Of a stretch of 64,000 bases of DNA, positions 9,765 to 18,805 are shown piece after piece (position 1 is the first letter of the stretch; the number at the start of each line of letters is the position of its first letter). The DNA lies in the NCBI GenBank assembly GCA_963798085.1, contig CAWCRS010000003.1, forward strand, positions 64,001 through 128,000, in the 5' to 3' direction. The position numbers and the translations under genes are program-made. Source of the DNA: an uncultured Gemmatimonadales bacterium. Its GTDB lineage: Bacteria > Gemmatimonadota > Gemmatimonadetes > Longimicrobiales > RSA9. The notes beneath the pieces were generated by a model, which saw only the letters and a list, made by a program, of their open reading frames with translations, was not told the DNA's origin and searched no databases.

Positions 9765-11360
9765 ATGAGTCGCACCACGAGCATCGCGCTCGCCGCATTG
9801 CTGGCGGGCTGTTCATCGGCATCCTCATCGACCGCGCGCGCGCCCTCGCCTGGTTCTGCGGCGGACGGCGCCGTGCCAGACGTGGCGCTCATCCGCGAGA
9901 GCGACATCAAGAGCGACCTCTTCACACTGGCGAGTGACGCCATGCGCGGGCGCGAGGCGGGCACACTGGATGAGCTGCGCGCGTCGGGCTGGATCGTCGA
10001 GCGTCTGCGCGCGGCGGGCGTGCTGCCGGCAGGCGAGGACGACACGTACTACCAGTGGTTCCCGTTGCGCCGCACGCGTGAGTCGAGCAGCAGTCGGCTC
10101 GCGATCGATGGACAGCCGCTCACGCTGTGGCAGGACTACATGCTGAACGGCCGGTCGGAAGCCGACATCGATGCGCCCATCGTCTGGCTGGGCGATTCCG
10201 GCACCATGGATACGCTGAATGCGGCAGTAAGCGGCAAGGTCGCCGCCGTGCTGCTGAACAGTGCAGGCACGGCGCCGCCCGCGCAGCAGGCGCTGGCGGC
10301 GAGGCGCTTCGTGGGCGCGGCCGCCGGGCGTGTGGCGCGGCCGCTGCTGGCGCGCGGCGCGCTGGCTGTGCTGGTCGTCGCCGATGGGCCCGCCGATGCG
10401 CTCTTCGACCTGGGCGCGACGCAGAGCAATCGCGGCACGTTCACGGTGGACGTGGATGACGCGGTCTCGCGTGGCCGCGGGCGAGGTCAGGGCGGCGGCG
10501 GCCGTGGTGGTCAGGGTGGCGGACGCGGTGGACGAGGCGGCGCGGGCGGCGGTGGCGGCGATCAACCCGTGCTGGTGCTGCGCAATGCCTGGCTTTCGCG
10601 TGTCTCGGCAGGCCGGCAGCTCGAGGCGAGGCTCACGGTCGACGAATTCACGTATCCGTCGGTGAACATCATTGCCCGCGTGACCGGCACGGATCCGGCG
10701 CTGCGCAACGAGTACGTGCTGTTCAGCGCGCACCAGGATCATGATGGCGTGCGCGCGCCCATTGACGGCGACTCCATCTGGAACGGCGCCGATGATAACG
10801 CCAGTGTTGCGGTGGGCGTGCTGGCGATCGCGCGCGCCTGGGTGCGGCATCCCGGGCGGCGTTCCGCGCTCTTCGTGTGGCACGGGTCCGAGGAGAAGGG
10901 CCTGCTGGGCTCGCGCTGGCATGCGGCGCACCCGGTCGTGCCGCGCTCGAGCATCGTGGCCGTGCTGAATGGCGACATGATCGGTCGCAACAGTCCGGAC
11001 ACGGCGGCGCTCATGGGCTCGATCCCGCCGCATCGCAATTCCACGGACCTCGTGCGCATGGCCATCGACGCGAACAACCGTGTCAGCCATTTCGCGATCG
11101 ACAGCAGCTGGGACCGGCCCACGCACCCCGAGGGCTGGTATTTCCGGAGTGACCACCTGCCCTACGCACGCGACAGCATCCCGGCGCTGTTCTACAGCTC
11201 GAACCTGCACCCGGATTACCACACGCCGCGCGATGGCCCCGAGCGCATCGACATCAGCAAGCTCACGCGCATCGCGCGCTGGATGTATGCGACGGGCTGG
11301 ACCGTCGCGAACACGAACCAGCGGCCTCGCCTGGACGACGGGTTCCGACTGGAGCGCTGA
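9765..11360 (+). CDS. M28-family peptidase, lipoprotein
   Basis: Lipobox LLAGC; SAHQDH, GADDNASV, SEEKGLLGS, RSDH, DYHTP zinc-site motifs. Confidence 0.93.
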   Translation: MSRTTSIALAALLAGCSSASSSTARAPSPGSAADGAVPDVALIRESDIKSDLFTLASDAMRGREAGTLDELRASGWIVERLRAAGVLPAGEDDTYYQWFPLRRTRESSSSRLAIDGQPLTLWQDYMLNGRSEADIDAPIVWLGDSGTMDTLNAAVSGKVAAVLLNSAGTAPPAQQALAARRFVGAAAGRVARPLLARGALAVLVVADGPADALFDLGATQSNRGTFTVDVDDAVSRGRGRGQGGGGRGGQGGGRGGRGGAGGGGGDQPVLVLRNAWLSRVSAGRQLEARLTVDEFTYPSVNIIARVTGTDPALRNEYVLFSAHQDHDGVRAPIDGDSIWNGADDNASVAVGVLAIARAWVRHPGRRSALFVWHGSEEKGLLGSRWHAAHPVVPRSSIVAVLNGDMIGRNSPDTAALMGSIPPHRNSTDLVRMAIDANNRVSHFAIDSSWDRPTHPEGWYFRSDHLPYARDSIPALFYSSNLHPDYHTPRDGPERIDISKLTRIARWMYATGWTVANTNQRPRLDDGFRLER

Positions 11361-11578
11361 TCGGCTCGCCGGATTCCGTTGGCAACTTGACTGCCGGGAA
11401 CGAATTCGCTGAGCGCTGCGTATCGGGCTGACAACCCCGGCGCTGCTGGACACGCCGGTTGATCGACGCTCAGTCGTCGCCAGTTCCATGCGCGTACGGC
11501 ACGGGTCGCGTTATTATGCCCGGGACGCCAAGCGATGGTGCGGCGGCGTGGCCGAGGCCGGGATGAAAGGAGCGCAGT

Positions 11579-12334
11579 GTGGCCGGGAACCGGGGCAGGA
11601 GCGGCAGCAGGTCAGTGCGGTCTGCGAATCAGCGCGGCGCAACGAATCTCAGGGGCTTCTATGTGCTGCTCGCGACGATCGCGGTGGGCGGCCTCGGCTG
11701 GATTTCCTGGTCGGTGTCGCACCAGGCGCACACAGCCACGAAGCCCATCCAGCTCGACATCAAGGATTCGCAGGCTCTGTACGAGCAGGCGAAGGGTGAG
11801 CACCAGGGCAAGGAGGATGCGCCCGTGCAGGTGCTGCTGTTCAGCGCATTCACCTGTCCGCACTGTGCGGAGTTCAGCTCGTTGATCGAGCCGCAGCTCA
11901 AGGCCGATTTCATCGACACGGGCAAGGCCCGGCTGGTCTACTACGATTTCCCGCTGGGTGAGACCGGCCCGCACCGCTACGGCTTCATTGCCGCGCGTGC
12001 GGCCCGGTGCGCGGGCGACCAGAACAAGTTCTGGGAGTACCACGACGTGCTGCTGGGCCGGCAGAGCGACTGGGTGGCGAACCGTTCCATGCCCACCGCG
12101 AAGTTCAACGACTACGCGAAGCTCGTCGGACTCGATCTGAAGCAGTTCGATCAGTGCCTGAACAGCGACAAGTACGCGGATGTGGTCACGGCCGACCGCA
12201 TGCTGGGTGAGAAGCTGGGCGTACCGGGCACGCCCACCGTGTTCATCGGCAGCCGTTCCATCGAGTACTGGTCTTCCTATGACTCGGTCAAGGCCGCGAT
12301 CAACCGCGAGCTGGGCGGCAGCGGGGGCAACTAA
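11579..12334 (+). CDS. DsbA-family thioredoxin-fold protein
   Basis: N-terminal TM; FTCPHC, YYDFPL, ARAARCA, GVPGTPT. Confidence 0.9.
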   Translation: MAGNRGRSGSRSVRSANQRGATNLRGFYVLLATIAVGGLGWISWSVSHQAHTATKPIQLDIKDSQALYEQAKGEHQGKEDAPVQVLLFSAFTCPHCAEFSSLIEPQLKADFIDTGKARLVYYDFPLGETGPHRYGFIAARAARCAGDQNKFWEYHDVLLGRQSDWVANRSMPTAKFNDYAKLVGLDLKQFDQCLNSDKYADVVTADRMLGEKLGVPGTPTVFIGSRSIEYWSSYDSVKAAINRELGGSGGN

Positions 12335-12371
12335 CAGCCGGTTCGCTGACGCCGGGGCCGCAACGCCCGCA

Positions 12372-13373
12372 ATGCGTCCGCGATGCCGGGGTCGCGCCGC
12401 CGGCATTGCGGCACTGGTTCTGGCGTTGGCCGCGGCCTGCGGTGGTGGCACCATGACACCCGCGGACCCGACGCTGAACGGGGTGGGCAGCGGGCCGTTC
12501 ATCCTGCGCGTGTCTCCCATCGCGCTCGATCGCATTCTCGCGATACAGCCGCTGGGCAATCTCAACCCGCCGGGTCATACGCTGCCGACGGACCACATCT
12601 ACTTCTCGTTCGCGGATCCGACCGCGGGCGAGTCGCCTGTCGACAAGCGCACCGACTTCTTCGCGCCCGCTGACGGCACCGTGTTCTCCGTGATCGACAA
12701 TGGCCTGGGCCTGGACCGCAAGGTCACGTTTCGCGGAACCACGCGCGTGCTCTACTACATCGATCACCTCATACCGAGCGTGCCATTGAGCACGGGGACG
12801 CGCGTGCACGCGGGGGATCGCCTGGGCACCACCGGCTCCGTCTACGCCATTGATCTCGGCGTCATCAACGCAGACACGACGCTGACAGGCTTCGTGAACC
12901 TGGCGCGCTATCCCGGCATGGAACACACGGACGCACCGCTCAGGCACTACGAGGAGCCGGTGCGCAGCCAGCTGTACGCGAAGGTGCGGCGACTGGGGCC
13001 TGACCTGGATGGCAGGATCGACTTCGACATTCCCTGCCGACTGAGCGGCAACTGGTTCGGCGAGACCGATCAGGCGCCGCTGGTCTTCGTGTACGACAGC
13101 TACGATCCCACCGTCGTGCGAATCGCGATGGCCAGTGGCCTGCGGCTGGCGCCCGCCGTGCTCGGCATCGCCGCAACCGACCCCCCGCCCCGCGACGTGT
13201 CTGTCGCCAGCGGCAAGGTGACCTACACGATCACGCGCTACGGTGCCCCTCTGCCGAGCGGACACATGCTCGTGCAGATGCTCGACGACCAGCGCATCCG
13301 CGTGGAAGTCTTCACGCCCATCACGGCCGCCGCCACCGACTTCACCTCAGCCTCCAGACTCTTCCTCCGTTAG
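12372..13373 (+). CDS. Hypothetical lipoprotein with M23/LytM-like segment
   Basis: Lipobox LAAAC; DHIYF..APADGTV..YYIDHL..VHAGDRLG resembles the LytM fold; start inferred. Confidence 0.6.
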   Translation: MRPRCRGRAAGIAALVLALAAACGGGTMTPADPTLNGVGSGPFILRVSPIALDRILAIQPLGNLNPPGHTLPTDHIYFSFADPTAGESPVDKRTDFFAPADGTVFSVIDNGLGLDRKVTFRGTTRVLYYIDHLIPSVPLSTGTRVHAGDRLGTTGSVYAIDLGVINADTTLTGFVNLARYPGMEHTDAPLRHYEEPVRSQLYAKVRRLGPDLDGRIDFDIPCRLSGNWFGETDQAPLVFVYDSYDPTVVRIAMASGLRLAPAVLGIAATDPPPRDVSVASGKVTYTITRYGAPLPSGHMLVQMLDDQRIRVEVFTPITAAATDFTSASRLFLR

Positions 13374-13378
13374 GCCTC

Positions 13379-13686
13379 TTCACCGCAGAGCGCGCGCAGT
13401 GCGCGGAGAGCCTTCGGGAGGGGGCTCGGCGTTCTCCTTGCTTGTGCAATGCGCCGCCATGGCGTACGAATCCCGCGTGATTGTGGTATCTCCCCATCCA
13501 CGATGGTAATCTGATCGCATTGAGCATTGGACGGTCAGGGAAGCATGAATGCGTGTTCAACATTGGCGGAACAACGCCGCCTCCGGACCCCCCGCGCCCT
13601 CCGCGTCCTCCGCGGTGAACGGTTGAATTCGTTATCCGTACCAACAAAGAAACCCGTCCTCCGCGCCTTCCCCGCCCTCTGCGTTG
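13379..13686. repeat. CACCGC(A/G)GAG-type REP-like inverted pair (family D)
   Basis: TTCACCGCAGAGCGCGCGCAGTGCGCGGAG at 13379 versus inverted CCGCGCCCTCCGCGTCCTCCGCGGTGAA at 13592-13619, plus a degenerate copy at 13659-13686. Confidence 0.65.
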
Positions 13687-13687
13687 G

Positions 13688-14000
13688 ATGCTCTTGTTGT
13701 TGATGGCGTGGCCTGCGAGTGGAGTGCGGGCGCAGGAGACGCGCAGGGTGGATATGCGGGGGCAGGTGCCGGCGGAGCGGCGAACTCTGCATTCGCCGCC
13801 GTGGCGCGTGGGTGCATCCCACACTCCATGTGGACGATGCGTCCTACTTCGGTGGCATCAACGCACTGATGGGCTGGCCACCGCAGACCCTCTACCTGAT
13901 CGAGGTCTACGCCTCCGGCCTGAGCATTCGAGTCTACACCCGGAATTACGTCCAGCTCCTGGCCATGGGTCGCACCACGCTGCCCGTGATCATTCACTGA
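13688..14000 (+). pseudogene. Remnant of a secreted protein (signal peptide and C-terminal domain in different frames)
   Basis: Signal-like LLLMAWPASGVRAQ in one frame; LCIRRRG..PTLHVDD..GGINAL..PPQTLYLIEVYASG..IRVYT in another. Confidence 0.4.
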
Positions 14001-14209
14001 CTGTGTGACTGGTCGAACACGCAGTTATTGCCGCAGCCCGCCACCCGCGCCGTTCCTCAGTTCCCAGTAAACCTGGAAGGCAGCAGAACCGGCAATAGCC
14101 GTTCGTTCGACCTCCCCTGAATTGGCCCGCGGCTGGAACGGTGGGCCGGGCGGGACGCGCCCGAGCAACCAGCCCGAGCCCCCGCCCCGGAAACGCAGTC
14201 ACGGTCCGC

Positions 14210-16846
14210 CTAGAATTCCCATTGCAGCCCGAACGACGGTATGCGCGGCAGCAGGCTGTCGATGTTCTGGCCGTAGACGGGCGGGCTGTTGCGCGAGATG
14301 TACACGGACTTGCTGATGGAGCGGGCGTTCTCGCGGTCGTAGAGGTTGAAGATGTCGATGAAGAAGAGGAAGCGGCCTCGCCGTGTCTGAGCGACGTGGC
14401 CCACGCGGATGTCCATGCGGTGGTATGCGGGCAGCCGGTCGGTGTTGTAGGGGCCCCAGACGTCACTGACGTAAATGGAATTGCCGATCGTGTCGAGGCG
14501 CAGCGTCTCGGGCGTGTTGGGCCAGCCTGTGTGATACTGCCAGGCGGCGCCGAAGCGCCAGCGGTTGCGCGTGGTCCAGGTCAGGTCCAGTGCGAAGGTG
14601 TGACGCTGGTCACGCGGGCGGGGCGTCCAGACGCCATTGATGCGCTCCTTCGTCGAGGCGAGCGCGTACGTGACGGCCCACTCGAGCCCCAGTGAGACGC
14701 GGTGCCTGGCCATTAGCTCCACTCCGCGCGCGTAGCCACGATCCGCCGCGACAAGGACACGCGTGTCGGTCAGCTCCGGGAAGAGATCGCCGGCACTGAT
14801 CAGGTTCGTGTAGATCGGGCGCAGGTGCGTGAGCACTTCATCGTATCCCTCGGCGCGCACCTCCAGGCCGAACGGGAAGCTGTGCTCGATGCCGACAACA
14901 CGGTGTTCGGCGTGTTCCGCGTGGTCGAAATGCGTGACACCGTCCTGGGTCTGAAGTTCGTGAATGCCCTCCGCCTGCAGGTAGCGGCCCCATGCCGCGC
15001 GGATGGTCGTGGCGTGCCCCAGGTTGAGCGCGCCATTCAGGCGGGGGCTGAGCTGGTGATCGCCGGTCCAGCTGTGCCGGTCCCAGCGTCCGCCCAGCTC
15101 GACGGTCAACGGGCCGACCGGCCGCAGGCGCGCGGTCAGCCACGCGCCATTATAGGCTCCCTCCGGCGAAGCGGCCGCCGTGACCGTGTCGACCCTGACC
15201 AGAATCTGGTCATCGACGATGTCGCGCCGCTCGACCTGTCCGTCGTAGTCGTAGTCCGCAGACTGGCTCTTCAGGTCCAGGCCCCACGTGAACAACAGGC
15301 GGTTAGACGCTTCCAGCTGCCAGTCCTGGCGCAACCCGAACAGGCTCATGCTGCGCACGTCCGCGACGTCCAGCGAACCCCGGGCCAGGGGATTGGAGCG
15401 GTGGCCTTCACGGTTCCACGTGAGGCGTGCCGCGGACGCGACGAAGCTGGCCGACAGCCCTGCCGCGGGACGGCCATCGAGACGCAGCCAGCCGTAGCTG
15501 CTGCCGTAACGGCTGTCCAGGTCCAGTTCGGTGCCGTCTTCGTGGTAGTGCAGTCGGTCGTTGGCCTGCAGCCCGTGCGCCGAGAGCAGCCAGCCGTGGC
15601 CCAGCTCGTACTCGACCTTGCCCAGCACATCGTAGTAGACAGGATCGATGCGGTCCGTGGCGTTGCCCAGCTTCAGGGCGAGGTCGAGGTAGCCGCGTCT
15701 GGCCGTGAGCAGCCAGCGCCCGCGCCCGCCGCCGAAAGCACCGCGCGACCCGAACCGCAGGTTAGTCAGGGACACGCCGAGCGTGGTGCGCGCCGGCCCG
15801 GGCGGTACACTGCTCGTGCGCATGTCGAACACGCCGGCGAGCCGGTCGCCGTATTCCGCGCCGAAGCCGCCGGTCATCAATTCCACGCCACCCATGGCAT
15901 CGAGATCCACAATGGAGAGCGCCGCGTCCACATCCTTCAGATGGAACGGCTCGACCAGGTCGACGCCATCCAGTCGCAGCAGGACCTCGCGATTCGTGCT
16001 GCCGCGCACACCGAACGCGGCCGAGAGATCGCTGCCGGCCACACCCGGCAGGCGGGTGATCGCGCGGAACACATCCTCGCCGATCTGGGGCGACGTCTCG
16101 ATCTCGGTGCGCGTCAGGCTCTGGCGCGAGGCCGTGCTCTCCTCGAGCACGCCGAACGTGCCGGGTGAGACCACCACGGCGGCCAGCGGTGTGGGCACCG
16201 GCTGCAGCTCGATGATCAGTGGCATGGTGTCGGCGGCATCCACGGTGAGCTGCCGGTCGGCATACCCGAAGCGGTGCACTGACAGCGTGTGAGTGCCGGG
16301 CGGCACGCCGGTCAGCTGGAAACGACCCGCGCGATCCGTCAGCACGCGACGAGGCGGATTGTCGAGCGACACGTCGGCTTCGACCACGGGCTCGTTCTTG
16401 CCGGCTTCGTGCACAGTTCCGTTGATGCTGGCCGCTTCTTCCCGGCCGGCGCGACGCACGAGCACGGCCTGGCCCTGCAGCGAAACCAGCACCTCGAGGC
16501 CGGAACCGCGCAGCAGACGGAGCAGCGCCTGCGCCGCGCTGCCCGAGTCGCGCACCGTGATGCGTCGATCCAGACCGGGCAGCTCGGCATCGAACACGAG
16601 ACCCAGGCCGGCCTGCTGCTGGATGGAGCGGACAATGTCGGCCAGCGTGGCTTCCTGTACATCAATGTGCACCGGACGCTGCAGCGCGGGCACGCCGTTG
16701 CCGTCGTTGCGCAGGGTTACGTACTGCGCGTTCGCCGGCTGCGCGCCGGACTGGCGCTGCGCCGCTGCGGGTCTTGCAAAGAGGGTGTTAGAGCAGGCCA
16801 GTGCCAGCAGTGTGAATCGGCGAAGCGGGCGGCAAGCGCGCGGCAT
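14210..16846 (-). CDS. TonB-dependent receptor (signalling type, N-terminal STN-like and carboxypeptidase-regulatory domains)
   Basis: Signal peptide, plug (LPGVAG..VRG..LDGV), barrel, C-terminal QWEF; downstream of ECF sigma and FecR. Confidence 0.92.
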   Translation of the reverse strand: MPRACRPLRRFTLLALACSNTLFARPAAAQRQSGAQPANAQYVTLRNDGNGVPALQRPVHIDVQEATLADIVRSIQQQAGLGLVFDAELPGLDRRITVRDSGSAAQALLRLLRGSGLEVLVSLQGQAVLVRRAGREEAASINGTVHEAGKNEPVVEADVSLDNPPRRVLTDRAGRFQLTGVPPGTHTLSVHRFGYADRQLTVDAADTMPLIIELQPVPTPLAAVVVSPGTFGVLEESTASRQSLTRTEIETSPQIGEDVFRAITRLPGVAGSDLSAAFGVRGSTNREVLLRLDGVDLVEPFHLKDVDAALSIVDLDAMGGVELMTGGFGAEYGDRLAGVFDMRTSSVPPGPARTTLGVSLTNLRFGSRGAFGGGRGRWLLTARRGYLDLALKLGNATDRIDPVYYDVLGKVEYELGHGWLLSAHGLQANDRLHYHEDGTELDLDSRYGSSYGWLRLDGRPAAGLSASFVASAARLTWNREGHRSNPLARGSLDVADVRSMSLFGLRQDWQLEASNRLLFTWGLDLKSQSADYDYDGQVERRDIVDDQILVRVDTVTAAASPEGAYNGAWLTARLRPVGPLTVELGGRWDRHSWTGDHQLSPRLNGALNLGHATTIRAAWGRYLQAEGIHELQTQDGVTHFDHAEHAEHRVVGIEHSFPFGLEVRAEGYDEVLTHLRPIYTNLISAGDLFPELTDTRVLVAADRGYARGVELMARHRVSLGLEWAVTYALASTKERINGVWTPRPRDQRHTFALDLTWTTRNRWRFGAAWQYHTGWPNTPETLRLDTIGNSIYVSDVWGPYNTDRLPAYHRMDIRVGHVAQTRRGRFLFFIDIFNLYDRENARSISKSVYISRNSPPVYGQNIDSLLPRIPSFGLQWEF

Positions 16847-16874
16847 GCGTTACGGCTCCGGGCGGTCCGGTGAT

Positions 16875-17906
16875 TCAGTGCGGCGAGGGCAGGAGCACCC
16901 AGGCACTGTCCCGGTGCTCGTAGCGCACGCCGAGGGAAAGAGAAAGCGCGTCCAGCACGGCGTTCATGGAGCTGGCCGTGAAGCGGCCGGACACGTGGCG
17001 GCTCCGCAGTGTGCTGTCGGACAGCTGGACAGCGACGCCGAACCAGCGGCTCAGCTCGCGCACGACCTCGCCGAGCGACGCGTTATCGAAGTCGAGAAAG
17101 CCATCGAGCCAGGCCAGACGGGCCCGCACGTCACCGGAGATCTGCGTAGAACCATCGGGCGCCACGCGACCCACCTGGCCCGCGACCAGCACGGTCCGCG
17201 CGCCGGGCGAGTCCGGGAGCAGCGCCACCCGCCCGCGCAGGACGGCCACTTCGAGGGGCAGATCGGGAGCGACGACGCGCACGCTGAATTCCGTGCCCAG
17301 GTCTTCGATCACCGCGCGCTCCGTCTGCACGCGGAACGGCCGGGCTGCGTCGTGCGTAACGCGGAAGAAGGCCTGGCCCTGGAGCCGCACGCGGCGTTCA
17401 ATCGTGCCGAAGCCGGCCGCCAGTTCGAGGTGCGAGGCCGGCGCCAGCACCACGTCGCTGCCATCGACCAGGCGCAGCGTGTCCCGGTGACCGGGCGGGG
17501 TCACAAACACCGTGTTCAGCGCCATCGCCGCCGGCGCCGGGTGGCGCAGCAGCCGCCAGGCGGCCAGCGAGCCCATGGCCAGTGTCGCGACGACCGCGGC
17601 AATGCGCAGCCATGCCGCGGGCGAGAGCGCTGGACGACGCCGCGGGGTCAGCGGAATCGGAGCAGACCTGGACGCGGCATCGTCGCCTGCAATCCGTTGC
17701 TGCAGCCGTACCCACGCGGCACTGGTGTTCCACGCCGGGCGGTCCGCTTGCAGCGAGGCGCGCAGCGACTCGAGCAGCGCACTGCGCCCCGGATCCGCGC
17801 GCAGCCAGGCCTCGACGCGGGCGCGCTCTTCAGGTGCGCTCTCCCCCGCGAGGTAACGGTCCAGGCTGGACCAGATGTCGGCGTTGCCGGAGTCGTGAGT
17901 CGTCAT
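16875..17906 (-). CDS. FecR-family anti-sigma factor
   Basis: RYLAGE..EAWL, one TM, LVDGS.V.L...S.L, L.GQAFF.V.HD, DLGTEF.V, LAWLDG.L.F. Confidence 0.92.
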   Translation of the reverse strand: MTTHDSGNADIWSSLDRYLAGESAPEERARVEAWLRADPGRSALLESLRASLQADRPAWNTSAAWVRLQQRIAGDDAASRSAPIPLTPRRRPALSPAAWLRIAAVVATLAMGSLAAWRLLRHPAPAAMALNTVFVTPPGHRDTLRLVDGSDVVLAPASHLELAAGFGTIERRVRLQGQAFFRVTHDAARPFRVQTERAVIEDLGTEFSVRVVAPDLPLEVAVLRGRVALLPDSPGARTVLVAGQVGRVAPDGSTQISGDVRARLAWLDGFLDFDNASLGEVVRELSRWFGVAVQLSDSTLRSRHVSGRFTASSMNAVLDALSLSLGVRYEHRDSAWVLLPSPH

Positions 17907-17963
17907 GGCTGTACCTGTGACAGGCGGTGTGCGGTTTTCCCCCCAGCGCCCGGGCACCGGGGT

Positions 17964-18539
17964 TCAGCGGGGCAGGCCGGAAAGCTGGTCGCGCAGGGCA
18001 CGCAGGCCGCGCGTGATGTGGTTTTCCACGGCTTTGCGCGTGATGCCGAGGGCGGCCGCGATCTCGAGCTGACTCATGCCGTGCAGCCAACGCAGTGTTA
18101 TCACTTCGCGGCAGCGCGCAGGCAGGCGGGCCAGCGCCTCGCGTACGCGCACGCTCGTCTCTGCTGTCTCCAGGCGCTGCAGTGCATCCGGCTCGTCACC
18201 CGCGGAACCGTCGGCTGTGGCGTCGTCCGTGACATGGTCGATCGTCTGCTGCCCACGGCTGCGCTGCAGGTGGTTGAAGGCACGGTTGCGGACGGCGCCG
18301 TACAGGTAGGCACGCAGCGAGGACGTGATGTGCAGCGCTTCGCGTGTACGCCAAATGCCGGCAAAGACGTCCTGCACGATCTCTTCGGCGACGTCGGGCG
18401 CGTGCACGAGCGCATCGGCAAAGGTGCAGAGGCGGGCGTGGTACTCGCGGAAGATGGCCTCGAATGCCGCAGCATCGCCTGCGCGCAGGCGACCCACGCG
18501 GTCGGCGTCGCGCTCGGTGGGGGACGGCGTCAATCCCAT
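17964..18539 (-). CDS. ECF RNA polymerase sigma-70 factor
   Basis: AEEIVQDVF..IW, RAYLYGAVRNR, LPARCREV, EIAAALGI..KAVENH. Confidence 0.95.
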   Translation of the reverse strand: MGLTPSPTERDADRVGRLRAGDAAAFEAIFREYHARLCTFADALVHAPDVAEEIVQDVFAGIWRTREALHITSSLRAYLYGAVRNRAFNHLQRSRGQQTIDHVTDDATADGSAGDEPDALQRLETAETSVRVREALARLPARCREVITLRWLHGMSQLEIAAALGITRKAVENHITRGLRALRDQLSGLPR

Positions 18540-18805
18540 GGCGTCATTTCCTGTGCGCGCGGCGGTGCGACGTCCCGCACGTTAACGCCCCCATACCAAT
18601 TGCGTGAGTCCGCGCGAGGGCAGGGGCCGCGCCGGCGAGGCAGATAACGGGAGGCGAGGGATGAACGCACCCGGCGGAGTGGCTGCGGCACCACTGTTGC
18701 CGGCCTCGCCGCCCGCCTATTCTTGGGTCGGGACGCGAGCGGCGCAGACGCGCGCCGGGACTCGCCTTGAATCAATAGCGACCCTTCGAGTGATCGGCCT
18801 TCGTC

